From: a virus
Strand: one strand, 5' to 3'
Virus record (IMG/VR): IMGVR_UViG_3300044274_000136
Coordinates: 1-40,095 of that record
DNA: 40,095 bases
Program-made: the position numbers and the translations under genes
Notes under the pieces: model-generated
Databases searched by the model: none
Seen by the model: only the letters and a program-made list of their open reading frames with translations
What the model was told of the DNA's origin: nothing
Shown here: in pieces, positions 6,502-14,051 of the stretch
Layout of the letters: every line of letters starts with the position of its first letter
Position numbering within the stretch: the stretch's first letter is position 1

Positions 6502-7463
6502 TGAGTGTGATTTATAACTATCGAATGCAACAGAGAGTAGACACGTTTGCAAATTGGACTGTTGCTAATCCTATTTTAGCAAGTGGTGAGATTGCTTTTG
6601 TTAATGATCAAAATAAAATGAAAGTAGGTGATGGTGTGCAAAGCTTTAATGCTCTGCCATACATTACTGATAATATAAATACTGATAATATTTCTGAAAA
6701 AACTGCTGGGGCTGGCGTTACAGTAGATGGGGTGTTGTTTAAAGATGGTGATGTTACCGCTGGTCGGCGAGTAAATCTAAAAGACGTATTGCCTACTTTA
6801 GATTTTGAGGTTACTAATGGAGTAACCACGCATAATAATGTGTGGTTTATAACAACAAGCGACGCTTTTCAAATACAAACACGAGACAATAGCAATACTT
6901 TTGTTGCTAACGATTATCTTTTAGACCGTAATGGTACTGGAGCTACTAAACATAGGTGGCGAATTGCTAACGTGGATAAGTTAATTATTGACAGTTCAGG
7001 TAATACTTCAATCAAGGGTCTAGCCAGTGCGGAACAAGGTATCTCTTTTGATAATGGCACTAACACGCTAGAACATTATGAGGAGGGTACTTTTACGCCT
7101 CAATACTCTTTTGTTAACACTCCCACTTATACTACTCAAACGGGAAAGTATACAAGAATAGGCAATATATTATACTTTACGTTAAAAATTGAAGTATCTA
7201 GTCTTGATAATACTGATACGTCTAATATACACGTTACAGGCTTGCCGTTTAACGCTTCACAACTTTATCAAATAAACGCAAGTTTGAACCCTAACCAAAG
7301 CACAATATTGGCTGATTATTTGCAAACAACTGATGCTGTTTATTTTGGGCAACTTAACAACACAACGGCTATTCAGCTTCAAAATGGTGATGGTGATTAT
7401 ATTAAATATAGTCATATAAAATCTAGCGGAAGCCTTACTATAACAGGCTGGTATTTTGTATAA
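6501..7463 (+). CDS. Tail fibre / receptor-binding-like protein with Mtd_N/HylP-type N-terminal domain
   Basis: RVDTFANWTVANPILASGEIAFVNDQNKMKVGDGVQSFNALPYI matches the widespread fibre N-terminal motif DTxANWxxxNPxLxxGExxxExDxxxxKxGDGxxxxxxLPY. Confidence 0.65.
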   Translation: MSVIYNYRMQQRVDTFANWTVANPILASGEIAFVNDQNKMKVGDGVQSFNALPYITDNINTDNISEKTAGAGVTVDGVLFKDGDVTAGRRVNLKDVLPTLDFEVTNGVTTHNNVWFITTSDAFQIQTRDNSNTFVANDYLLDRNGTGATKHRWRIANVDKLIIDSSGNTSIKGLASAEQGISFDNGTNTLEHYEEGTFTPQYSFVNTPTYTTQTGKYTRIGNILYFTLKIEVSSLDNTDTSNIHVTGLPFNASQLYQINASLNPNQSTILADYLQTTDAVYFGQLNNTTAIQLQNGDGDYIKYSHIKSSGSLTITGWYFV

Positions 7464-7475
7464 AGGTATAACATT

Positions 7476-7730
7476 ATGGCACATAAAAAAGAAAAATTAT
7501 TAGAAACTAAGGCAGACCTTGCAACAGGCAATATCAATATACTTGTGCGACGTTACGAGCATCAGATTGATGAGTTTGGTGAAGAAATACAAGTTCCTAA
7601 AAACTGGCGGGCAGTTATAGGTCATGGAGATGTTGAGGCTCTGCAACCTTATTTGACCGAAACGCAAATTGCAGGGGTGCAAGAAATGTGGGCAAAAATT
7701 ACACCTCCTGAAGAAGATAACAATGACTGA
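7476..7730 (+). CDS. Hypothetical protein
   Basis: ORF with ATG start; 8-nt overlap with the J-like gene. Confidence 0.5.
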   Translation: MAHKKEKLLETKADLATGNINILVRRYEHQIDEFGEEIQVPKNWRAVIGHGDVEALQPYLTETQIAGVQEMWAKITPPEEDNND

Positions 7731-8922
7731 TATTTTAGATGAAAACGGGTTAATTTTAAGTACAAGGCAAGAGCTTTTAGAAGATACCTCTGATGATTTA
7801 AAGGCTATTTATGGTCAAGACATTAACTTAGATCAAAACTCGCCTGATGGTCAATTTATCAATATTTTTACACAAGCTGGGGCTGATGTTAGGGAATTTG
7901 CGCTGTTTATTTACAATTCATTTTCACCACTGTACGCAAGTGGAAATGATTTAGACCAGAGAGTGGCATTAAATGGCATAAAGCGAAAGGGTGGTACGTA
8001 TACTATCGTTGATATTACGATAGTTGTTGACCGTACTTTATTGTTAAAAGGCTTAGATAAAAAAGCTAACGCTATAGACGGCACGGGATATACTGTGCAG
8101 GATAATGCGGGCAATCAATTTATCTTGTTAGCCAGCACAACTTTAACGAAAGGGGTTCATAGTTTACGCTTTCGTGCTAAGGAAATTGGCGAAGTTAGTA
8201 CAATCGTGAATACCATTACTACAGCTTCAGAGATTGTCTTGGGGGTTGTTAGTGTAAATAATCAATCAGCACCAACACAGGTTGGTCAAAACCAAGAAAG
8301 TGACGTAGATTTAAGAGCAAGACGAGAGAGATCATTTGCTTTGGCTGCTTTGGGTACTATAGGGGCTATGGAAGCATCATTATTAGCTTTGCAGGGCGTG
8401 ACAGAAGCCCGTGTGTATGAAAATGATGAGAAATTCACAGATACTGATGGCATACCACCGCATAGTTCATGGGTAATTGTCGATGGTGGTGCTCCTAATG
8501 ATATAGCCGAAATTTTAGACAGAAAAAAAACAGTTGGTGCAGGCTGGAAGGGGCAACAAGTTGTTAATATTGAAAAAAGTAACAATACTTTGACTCAAAT
8601 TAAGTTTGATCGACCAGTGGCTAAGGATTTATATTTAAAATTTGATATAAAGCCAGTAAACAACGCTTTGATTAATTTAGACGCTTTAAAGGCATATATA
8701 ATAGATAATCTTGTTTATAAAATAGGCTCACCAGCTGAAAGCTCTGGGTTAGTAAGCTTAATTTTAAATGGTATTAATGAAACTGCTAGATCAGGGGCAG
8801 GGTTTCCACTTGATTTGTTAGTATCTAAAGATGATGTAAACTACACTGAATTTTTAGAGGTAGATACTAAAGATGAACAATATACTTTAGATGTGACAAG
8901 AATAACAATCACGTTAATATGA
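7723..8922 (+). CDS. Baseplate J-like protein (gpJ / Mu gp47 family)
   Basis: Start moved to ATG 7723 (MTDILDENG). LEDTSDDLKAIYGQDINLDQNSPDGQFINIFTQAGADV..ASGNDLDQRVALNGIKRKGGTYT is typical of Baseplate_J. Confidence 0.85.
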   Translation: MTDILDENGLILSTRQELLEDTSDDLKAIYGQDINLDQNSPDGQFINIFTQAGADVREFALFIYNSFSPLYASGNDLDQRVALNGIKRKGGTYTIVDITIVVDRTLLLKGLDKKANAIDGTGYTVQDNAGNQFILLASTTLTKGVHSLRFRAKEIGEVSTIVNTITTASEIVLGVVSVNNQSAPTQVGQNQESDVDLRARRERSFALAALGTIGAMEASLLALQGVTEARVYENDEKFTDTDGIPPHSSWVIVDGGAPNDIAEILDRKKTVGAGWKGQQVVNIEKSNNTLTQIKFDRPVAKDLYLKFDIKPVNNALINLDALKAYIIDNLVYKIGSPAESSGLVSLILNGINETARSGAGFPLDLLVSKDDVNYTEFLEVDTKDEQYTLDVTRITITLI

Positions 8923-9641
8923 GTGTTTTTACAGAATACTACACAGATTTACTGATTATACAGTATCAGTCGTTGCCAAAGACACGGGCTTTTTTAGAAG
9001 CCTTGTTAAAAAACGTATTGGTTTATGATGTTTTGTTTCAAATTCGAGATGGTTTTAATATTGAAACGGCAGTAGGTAAGCAACAAGATATATTAGGGGA
9101 GTATATTGGTGCTAGTCGTACTTACGAAATATCAGAAGACCCCGACCCTACTTTATTTTTTGGCATGATCGATGGCAGTAATGCTGATCATGTTGCTAAC
9201 CCTCAAGCTTTTTGTAAGGGGTTCAGTAATCTTCCTAACAATCCTAGCAACTGGTTTATTACTAGTGATTTAAAGGTTGTTACAATGGGCAATGATTTAT
9301 ACCGCCAGATATTAAAGCTTAAAATAAAGTTAAACTCACTATCTCACACTACTGAAAGCATAGAGGAGGTATTAAGCACACTTTTTGATAATAAAGTGAT
9401 TCTTTATGATACTAACAGTATGGAGCTTGTGTATCGTATCACGGAGCTTAATGAGTTTATAAAAGCTGCTTTAAATAAAAAACTTTTGCCAAAGCCAGCA
9501 TGTGTAGGTGTTAAGGGTATTATTGACGATAGACCATTTTTTGGTATGATTGACGGTAGTATTTCAGAGCATGTGCAAAATCCGCAAAAATACACTGGTG
9601 GTTTTGGTTCACCTTGGGTAGAATATCGAAACTATGGCTAA
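8919..9641 (+). CDS. Baseplate/tail-fibre-attachment protein (gpI position, DUF2612-like)
   Basis: Follows the J-like gene with an ATGA overlap. N-terminus YYTDLLIIQYQSLPK. Internal duplicated motif (L/P)FFGMIDGS..HV.NPQ. Confidence 0.55.
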   Translation: MSVFTEYYTDLLIIQYQSLPKTRAFLEALLKNVLVYDVLFQIRDGFNIETAVGKQQDILGEYIGASRTYEISEDPDPTLFFGMIDGSNADHVANPQAFCKGFSNLPNNPSNWFITSDLKVVTMGNDLYRQILKLKIKLNSLSHTTESIEEVLSTLFDNKVILYDTNSMELVYRITELNEFIKAALNKKLLPKPACVGVKGIIDDRPFFGMIDGSISEHVQNPQKYTGGFGSPWVEYRNYG

Positions 9642-10509
9642 AATAACAAGAAACAATCAGAAAGTATTCGGCGATAATTCAGCTGTTAATAATTTTTATC
9701 AATTCGGCAATTCGAATGTCACTACTAAAGATGTGGCAACAATGCAGGCGGGCAATTGGCTTAATGGTTGGTCAGATGGTGGTGTTAATATCAATGGTGT
9801 AATAACGCCAGAGTTTCAAGAGTTTAACACGCTAAGTTATGTCACAACCTCGCAGATAGCGTATTTACAGCAAGAGGGAATAGCAGAGTGGCATACTGAA
9901 ACAGAATACCATCAAAACAGTATCATTAAAGAGAGTGGAACAACCAAATTATACGTTAGTTTGACCAACAACAACACTGGAAATGCTGTTAATAGTGGGG
10001 GTGATAATGCATTCTGGAAGTTTGCTGGTGATTTAGTAAGTCTTGTTTCTAGTCAAGTTTTAGCGGGTTCTATCATGGCATATTCTGCACAAACAGTACC
10101 TGCTGGTTATTTAGAGTGCGACGGGTCAACACTGGACACCACCCAATATGCTGATTTATTTAACACCATAGCTTATACCTATGGTGGCTCTGGTGCGAGC
10201 TTTAATATACCAGATTTAAGGGGTGAGTTTATCCGTGGTTGGGATAATAGCAGAGGTATTGATAGTGGTAGAACTTTTGGTTCATCTCAACAAGCAAATG
10301 TCGTTGTTCCAAGAGATGATTGGGGGGCGGCGGGACCTGCATTTGACCCTAACAGTTCTGGTCAGCTTGGCAGGTTAATGGTTGCGTCTGGGCAACCTGA
10401 AATTAGCGAAAGTTTAGAATCCATAAGGGTTGCCGCCACAGATAAAACGATCACAACAAACGATACTAGACCAAGAAACATAGCTTTAAAGTATATAATA
10501 AGGTTTTAA
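9634..10509 (+). CDS. Tail fibre protein with C-terminal phage tail-collar domain
   Basis: GSIMAYSAQTVPAGYLECDGSTLDTTQYADLFNTIAYTYGGSGASFNIPDLRGEFIRGWDN is a classic Collar-domain signature. Confidence 0.85.
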   Translation: MAKITRNNQKVFGDNSAVNNFYQFGNSNVTTKDVATMQAGNWLNGWSDGGVNINGVITPEFQEFNTLSYVTTSQIAYLQQEGIAEWHTETEYHQNSIIKESGTTKLYVSLTNNNTGNAVNSGGDNAFWKFAGDLVSLVSSQVLAGSIMAYSAQTVPAGYLECDGSTLDTTQYADLFNTIAYTYGGSGASFNIPDLRGEFIRGWDNSRGIDSGRTFGSSQQANVVVPRDDWGAAGPAFDPNSSGQLGRLMVASGQPEISESLESIRVAATDKTITTNDTRPRNIALKYIIRF

Positions 10510-10510
10510 G

Positions 10511-11005
10511 ATGATTTTACATGATTATGACAGCATAACTGGTGAATATTTAGGCAGTAGTAAGGCACAGGCTAACCCTAAGGCAGAGGGGGAGTTTTTA
10601 CCACGTGCAAACGCTACAGACAAAAAGCTTCCTAGTTATGGAGATGGTGAAAAGCCAGTTTTTAAGAATAATAAATGGGTTGTTTTAAAAGACTACAGGG
10701 GCAAAACAGCATATAACGCTAATGATCGTGATGATTTGTATATTGTTAGAGACTTGGGAGACCTTCAAGATGGGTTTGTTTTAGAGCAACCAGAGCTAGT
10801 TTTATCTGATGATGAAAAGTGGGAACAAGTCAGACAGAAAAGAAACAACTTGCTTGCACAATCAGACTGGACTGTTTTAATTGATAGCTCTTTAACTGAC
10901 GAAAAAAAACAAGAATATACAACATATAGGCAGGATTTAAGAGATTTACCCTCAAAGTATAACAATCCTGATGATGTAATTTTTCCAGACCAACCAGAGC
11001 TTTAA
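10511..11005 (+). CDS. Tail fibre assembly chaperone
   Basis: KWEQVRQKRNNLLAQSDWTVLIDSSLTDEKKQEYTTYRQDLRDLP is typical of Tfa-type chaperones; lies directly after the fibre gene. Confidence 0.75.
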   Translation: MILHDYDSITGEYLGSSKAQANPKAEGEFLPRANATDKKLPSYGDGEKPVFKNNKWVVLKDYRGKTAYNANDRDDLYIVRDLGDLQDGFVLEQPELVLSDDEKWEQVRQKRNNLLAQSDWTVLIDSSLTDEKKQEYTTYRQDLRDLPSKYNNPDDVIFPDQPEL

Positions 11006-11008
11006 TAT

Positions 11009-11314
11009 ATGACACATGACGTAACAATAGATACAGCGAATTTAACCAATAATTTAACGGCAGAATATGATATTTCTGGTATATCAAATCCAGAATTTGC
11101 CATTACAAAAACTAGCAACTTTGGTAATGCTATCGTTAATATAGAAATTGCTTTTACAGCAACTCCAAATGCTGATGATTGGTGTCAGATAAAAGATATG
11201 GCTTTTTCACCAGATGCAACGGTCAGGAAGCTGTTTGTTGATAGAGCTTTAAAGGTTCGCTTTGAAGTGACTGGCTTAACTGATCAGACTGATATTAAAT
11301 TACTTATACGCTAA
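11009..11314 (+). CDS. Hypothetical protein (fibre-region accessory)
   Basis: ORF tightly packed between the chaperone and the next gene. Confidence 0.5.
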   Translation: MTHDVTIDTANLTNNLTAEYDISGISNPEFAITKTSNFGNAIVNIEIAFTATPNADDWCQIKDMAFSPDATVRKLFVDRALKVRFEVTGLTDQTDIKLLIR

Positions 11315-11315
11315 A

Positions 11316-12152
11316 ATGCTATTACCTGCCCACCGTTCCCCTTTGCAAAAACCTTTACGTGGTGCGGGCTTGTTACCAGTAGACCCGTATCTTGCTTTGT
11401 ATCAGCAAGCAGTGGTGTTGTATTCTTTACGCAAAACAACGCCCCAAACAACGCATGCTATTAGGATTAGGCGAGATAATGATAGCGTAGAGCAAGACAT
11501 TGGATTTGTTGGCAAAGACTTAGACGAGCAAGCTATTAAAGATTTTGGTGGTTCAAGTGATTGTACCATAGTAAAATGGTACGATCAAGTTGGCAATAAT
11601 GATAGCGTGCAAAATAACATAGCTTTGCAAGCAAAAATATATGATGCTGTATCTGGTGAAGTTACAAAAGAGAACGGGAAGCCAGCGGGGATATTAGATG
11701 GGGTAGAGGATAATATACCAATTCTTAATGTTGCTGGACGTTCAAATATTGATGCTTATTTTGTAAATAGGCATTATCTTGGTAATACTATTTATCCATT
11801 TGGAACGAATAGTATTGTTGGGGGTACTTACGGATTTGTTGTCCAACAAAATTCCTCATCAACCTTAATCACAAGTAACTACGGTAATCCCAATTTATAC
11901 AAAAACAAAGTGTTGTTTGCGGGAACAACAAGAAATAATATTTATAATTTTTTAGGGCAAACTCAAAATATAGTAAACCACCAAGGCGTTAATGTCTCAA
12001 GTTGGGATACTTTTCATTTTGGTAACTTTCCTAGTAATCAATTCCGTTTTGAAGGAACATTGCAAGAAATAATTGTTTTTGCGGACAATTTAACAACAGC
12101 AGAACGGCAAATATTACATGACGACATAAATAATTATTATGCAATTTATTAA
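11316..12152 (+). CDS. Putative tail-associated LamG/ConA-like lectin-fold protein
   Basis: IRIRRDNDSVEQDIGF..KWYDQVGNND..QAKI and C-terminal FRFEGTLQEIIVFADNLTTAERQILHDDINNYY resemble LamG-like phage proteins. Confidence 0.45.
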   Translation: MLLPAHRSPLQKPLRGAGLLPVDPYLALYQQAVVLYSLRKTTPQTTHAIRIRRDNDSVEQDIGFVGKDLDEQAIKDFGGSSDCTIVKWYDQVGNNDSVQNNIALQAKIYDAVSGEVTKENGKPAGILDGVEDNIPILNVAGRSNIDAYFVNRHYLGNTIYPFGTNSIVGGTYGFVVQQNSSSTLITSNYGNPNLYKNKVLFAGTTRNNIYNFLGQTQNIVNHQGVNVSSWDTFHFGNFPSNQFRFEGTLQEIIVFADNLTTAERQILHDDINNYYAIY

Positions 12153-12206
12153 TTATGTTTAGATATTACATTACTACTAAAGATAGAGCAAGATTAGCCA
12201 GCAGGC

Positions 12207-12551
12207 TTGCCCACGGCTTATCTCGCCCTGCAGGGGTACCAGTTCCAATGGTTAACAAAACCAGATGACCCAAATCTAGCTTGTGCTGTTGTTAGTGTTG
12301 AGGATAATGTATTTGTACATCAATACATTAGAGATAGTATTAACAACAATAATGGCATCACTAGTTATTTTAATGATTTTTATTTGACTGTGCAAGAAGC
12401 CAACGAGAAAAAGCAAATCGTTGCTAATTCTTATGACAATGACGGTGGACTTATCGTAAATATACCCATTTTATCCATTTTGCCAAATGACTGGCAAGAA
12501 GTCACTGAACCCTATCTACGTGATAATGGTTGGTTTTCAAAGGAAATATAA
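12207..12551 (+). CDS. Hypothetical protein; the only available start is TTG
   Basis: Frame opens at 12198 with no in-frame ATG near the 5' end. A 37-codon ATG ORF (12155-12268) overlaps in another frame. Confidence 0.4.
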   Translation: MPTAYLALQGYQFQWLTKPDDPNLACAVVSVEDNVFVHQYIRDSINNNNGITSYFNDFYLTVQEANEKKQIVANSYDNDGGLIVNIPILSILPNDWQEVTEPYLRDNGWFSKEI

Positions 12552-12712
12552 TAGACTTGAACGACCGCAATCGATTTTATCATTTCAGCGGACTTGTTGA
12601 AGGGATAGCGACAACAATTTTAAAGATCAAACCTTTAATGACCTTCCACACTTTGAATTGTTATAGAATAATACTTTTTTTAATATATATTGTAGTAATA
12701 TGCTTTGTATAC

Positions 12713-12741
12713 TTGCTAAATTGTTAAGAATGTGCTATAAT
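12713..12741 (+). promoter_or_regulatory. Promoter upstream of the lysis cassette (TTGCTA-17-TATAAT with TGc extended -10)
   Basis: TTGCTA 12713-12718, TATAAT 12736-12741, 22 nt before ATG 12764. Confidence 0.55.
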
Positions 12742-12763
12742 GCTATAAAGACGACAAAAAAAT

Positions 12764-12991
12764 ATGAACAAGTATTTAGAAGATACAGCAGGCAACAAAT
12801 CTAGCAAAAGGCTTTGGGGGTCAATAGTGTTCACAGTAGCCATTGTATTAAGTGTATACGCGGTTGTTGCTAGTGTTTACTTAGGAAATTCAATAGATAG
12901 CAATGTTTTTAATATTATTGCTTCACTATCTTTATCTGGAACTTCCCTCCTAGGAATAGGTACTTTTGAGAAAGGTAAGCGTGACATTTAA
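12764..12991 (+). CDS. Putative holin (two TM segments)
   Basis: NKSSKRLWGSIVFTVAIVLSVYAVVASVYL and NIIASLSLSGTSLLGIGTF hydrophobic spans with a charged C-terminus; lies upstream of the spanin-like pair. Confidence 0.5.
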   Translation: MNKYLEDTAGNKSSKRLWGSIVFTVAIVLSVYAVVASVYLGNSIDSNVFNIIASLSLSGTSLLGIGTFEKGKRDI

Positions 12992-13199
12992 ACCATGGCA
13001 TCTTATATCAAAAATAGTGGGGTTTATTTCTGCGGTTATCCTTGCCTTTAATCGTGGGAAAATAGCAAAGGAGCAAGAAAACATAAACAATAACTATAAA
13101 GAGGTAATAAAGGGTGCTAAACGGAAAAAAAAACGTAATCTTGATAGTGATACTACTGTTAGAGAGCGGTTGCTCAAAAATGCTAGAGACAGAAAGTAA
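12981..13199 (+). CDS. Putative i-spanin-like protein (N-terminal TM, highly charged C-terminal part)
   Basis: GTG 12981 sits 5 nt after AAAGG. LISKIVGFISAVILAF is followed by a Lys/Arg/Glu-rich tail. The 3' end overlaps the next ORF in another frame. Confidence 0.4.
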   Translation: MTFKPWHLISKIVGFISAVILAFNRGKIAKEQENINNNYKEVIKGAKRKKKRNLDSDTTVRERLLKNARDRK

Positions 13200-13329
13200 T
13201 AATCAATCAATATGTGCATTTTTAGAAGAAGTTAGACCTTTCACCGAAGAAATCAACAATTTATCAATTGAAACTTTGCGTCAGATTGATAACAATAACG
13301 AAGAGATAAAACATTACTGCACAAAGTGA
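13114..13329 (+). CDS. Putative o-spanin (lipoprotein-like), overlapping the i-spanin-like gene
   Basis: GTG start 9 nt after GAGG. The signal KKNVILIVILLLESGC|S has an imperfect lipobox; further Cys residues occur in the mature part. Confidence 0.4.
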   Translation: MLNGKKNVILIVILLLESGCSKMLETESNNQSICAFLEEVRPFTEEINNLSIETLRQIDNNNEEIKHYCTK

Positions 13330-13349
13330 TAAATTGGAGAAATTAAAAA

Positions 13350-13565
13350 ATGACTGACAAACACACTTTCGATACAGCCCTAACAGGCATGAGGCATGGA
13401 GTAAAGTACAATAGGCTAGCTAATAGCTCTAATGATACTTACTATCTTGTTGAAGATAATGAACTATATCTATTCTTGCCTTCAGGAAACACTCACAGTA
13501 AAGTAGCAGTAGGTAGTTTATCAACGCTAGACCTACTAGCTGATGATTGGGTGGTAGTAGGGTAA
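13350..13565 (+). CDS. DUF2829-like small protein (family of the anti-Thoeris sponge Tad2)
   Basis: N-terminal TFDTALTGMRHGVKYNR and C-terminal LSTLDLLADDWVVV match the DUF2829 pattern F..Al.al..Gk...R ... DlLAeDWeiv. Confidence 0.6.
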   Translation: MTDKHTFDTALTGMRHGVKYNRLANSSNDTYYLVEDNELYLFLPSGNTHSKVAVGSLSTLDLLADDWVVVG

Positions 13566-13646
13566 TGAAACAGTGTGTACACCTAGGGTTGAATAGTATT
13601 TTTAAAAGTGCCAAAAAACACGGGGTTTTACTAACTAGAGGTTGAA

Positions 13647-14048
13647 ATGACTTATAATAAGAACCTAAGACCATTTGCTACCCTAACAGAGGAACAGCAG
13701 AGGGAAATACGTAGCAAGGGTGGCAAGGCTAGTGTTGAGGCAAAAAGACGTAGAAAAAAGATGAAAGACCTAGCTCAAGAGTTGTTAGCAAGTGAAGCTC
13801 TTAAGCTTGATCCAGCTGAGGCAAAGAGAATAGCAACACAGTTAGGTTTGCTACCAGAAGAGGTATCAGTATCAGATTTAATGCTTTCATCTATTACACA
13901 AAAAGCTATTCATGACAAAGATGTGTCAGCTTTTAATGCTATTAGAGATACAGCAGAAGGTAAGCCTACGCAATCTATAGATCATAAGGGTATTGAGAAA
14001 ACTACGCCTATTGTTTTTGATGTTAGCGGTTTAAAGATAAAAGAATAG
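13647..14048 (+). CDS. terS: Terminase small subunit (putative)
   Basis: Lies directly upstream of terL. Basic N-terminus REIRSKGGKASVEAKRRRKK and AFNAIRDTAEGKPTQSI resemble small-terminase families. Confidence 0.6.
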   Translation: MTYNKNLRPFATLTEEQQREIRSKGGKASVEAKRRRKKMKDLAQELLASEALKLDPAEAKRIATQLGLLPEEVSVSDLMLSSITQKAIHDKDVSAFNAIRDTAEGKPTQSIDHKGIEKTTPIVFDVSGLKIKE

Positions 14049-14051
14049 TAT

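Noticed and set aside
6501-7463. Possible diversity-generating retroelement, prompted by the Mtd_N-type domain
   Set aside because: There is no reverse transcriptase ORF anywhere in the circle. I could see no template/variable repeat pair for the 3' end, and the C-terminus does not look like a C-type-lectin variable region.
7669-7722. N-terminal extension MQGCKKCGQKLHLLKKIT of the J-like protein in the track
   Set aside because: It lies entirely within the preceding gene. ATG 7723 gives the conserved Baseplate_J N-terminus with a standard 8-nt overlap.
12225-12240. Adjacent CTGCAG and GGTACC sites suggesting cloning-vector polylinker contamination
   Set aside because: Only two hexamers are present, embedded in an open reading frame, with no other vector-like sequence around them. 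This is most likely coincidence within a GC-richer patch.
12530-12727. 65-aa ORF between the 12207 gene and the holin
   Set aside because: It runs through the AT-rich intergenic region that contains the lysis promoter, has no SD, and its product is an implausible hydrophobic string. It is probably non-coding.
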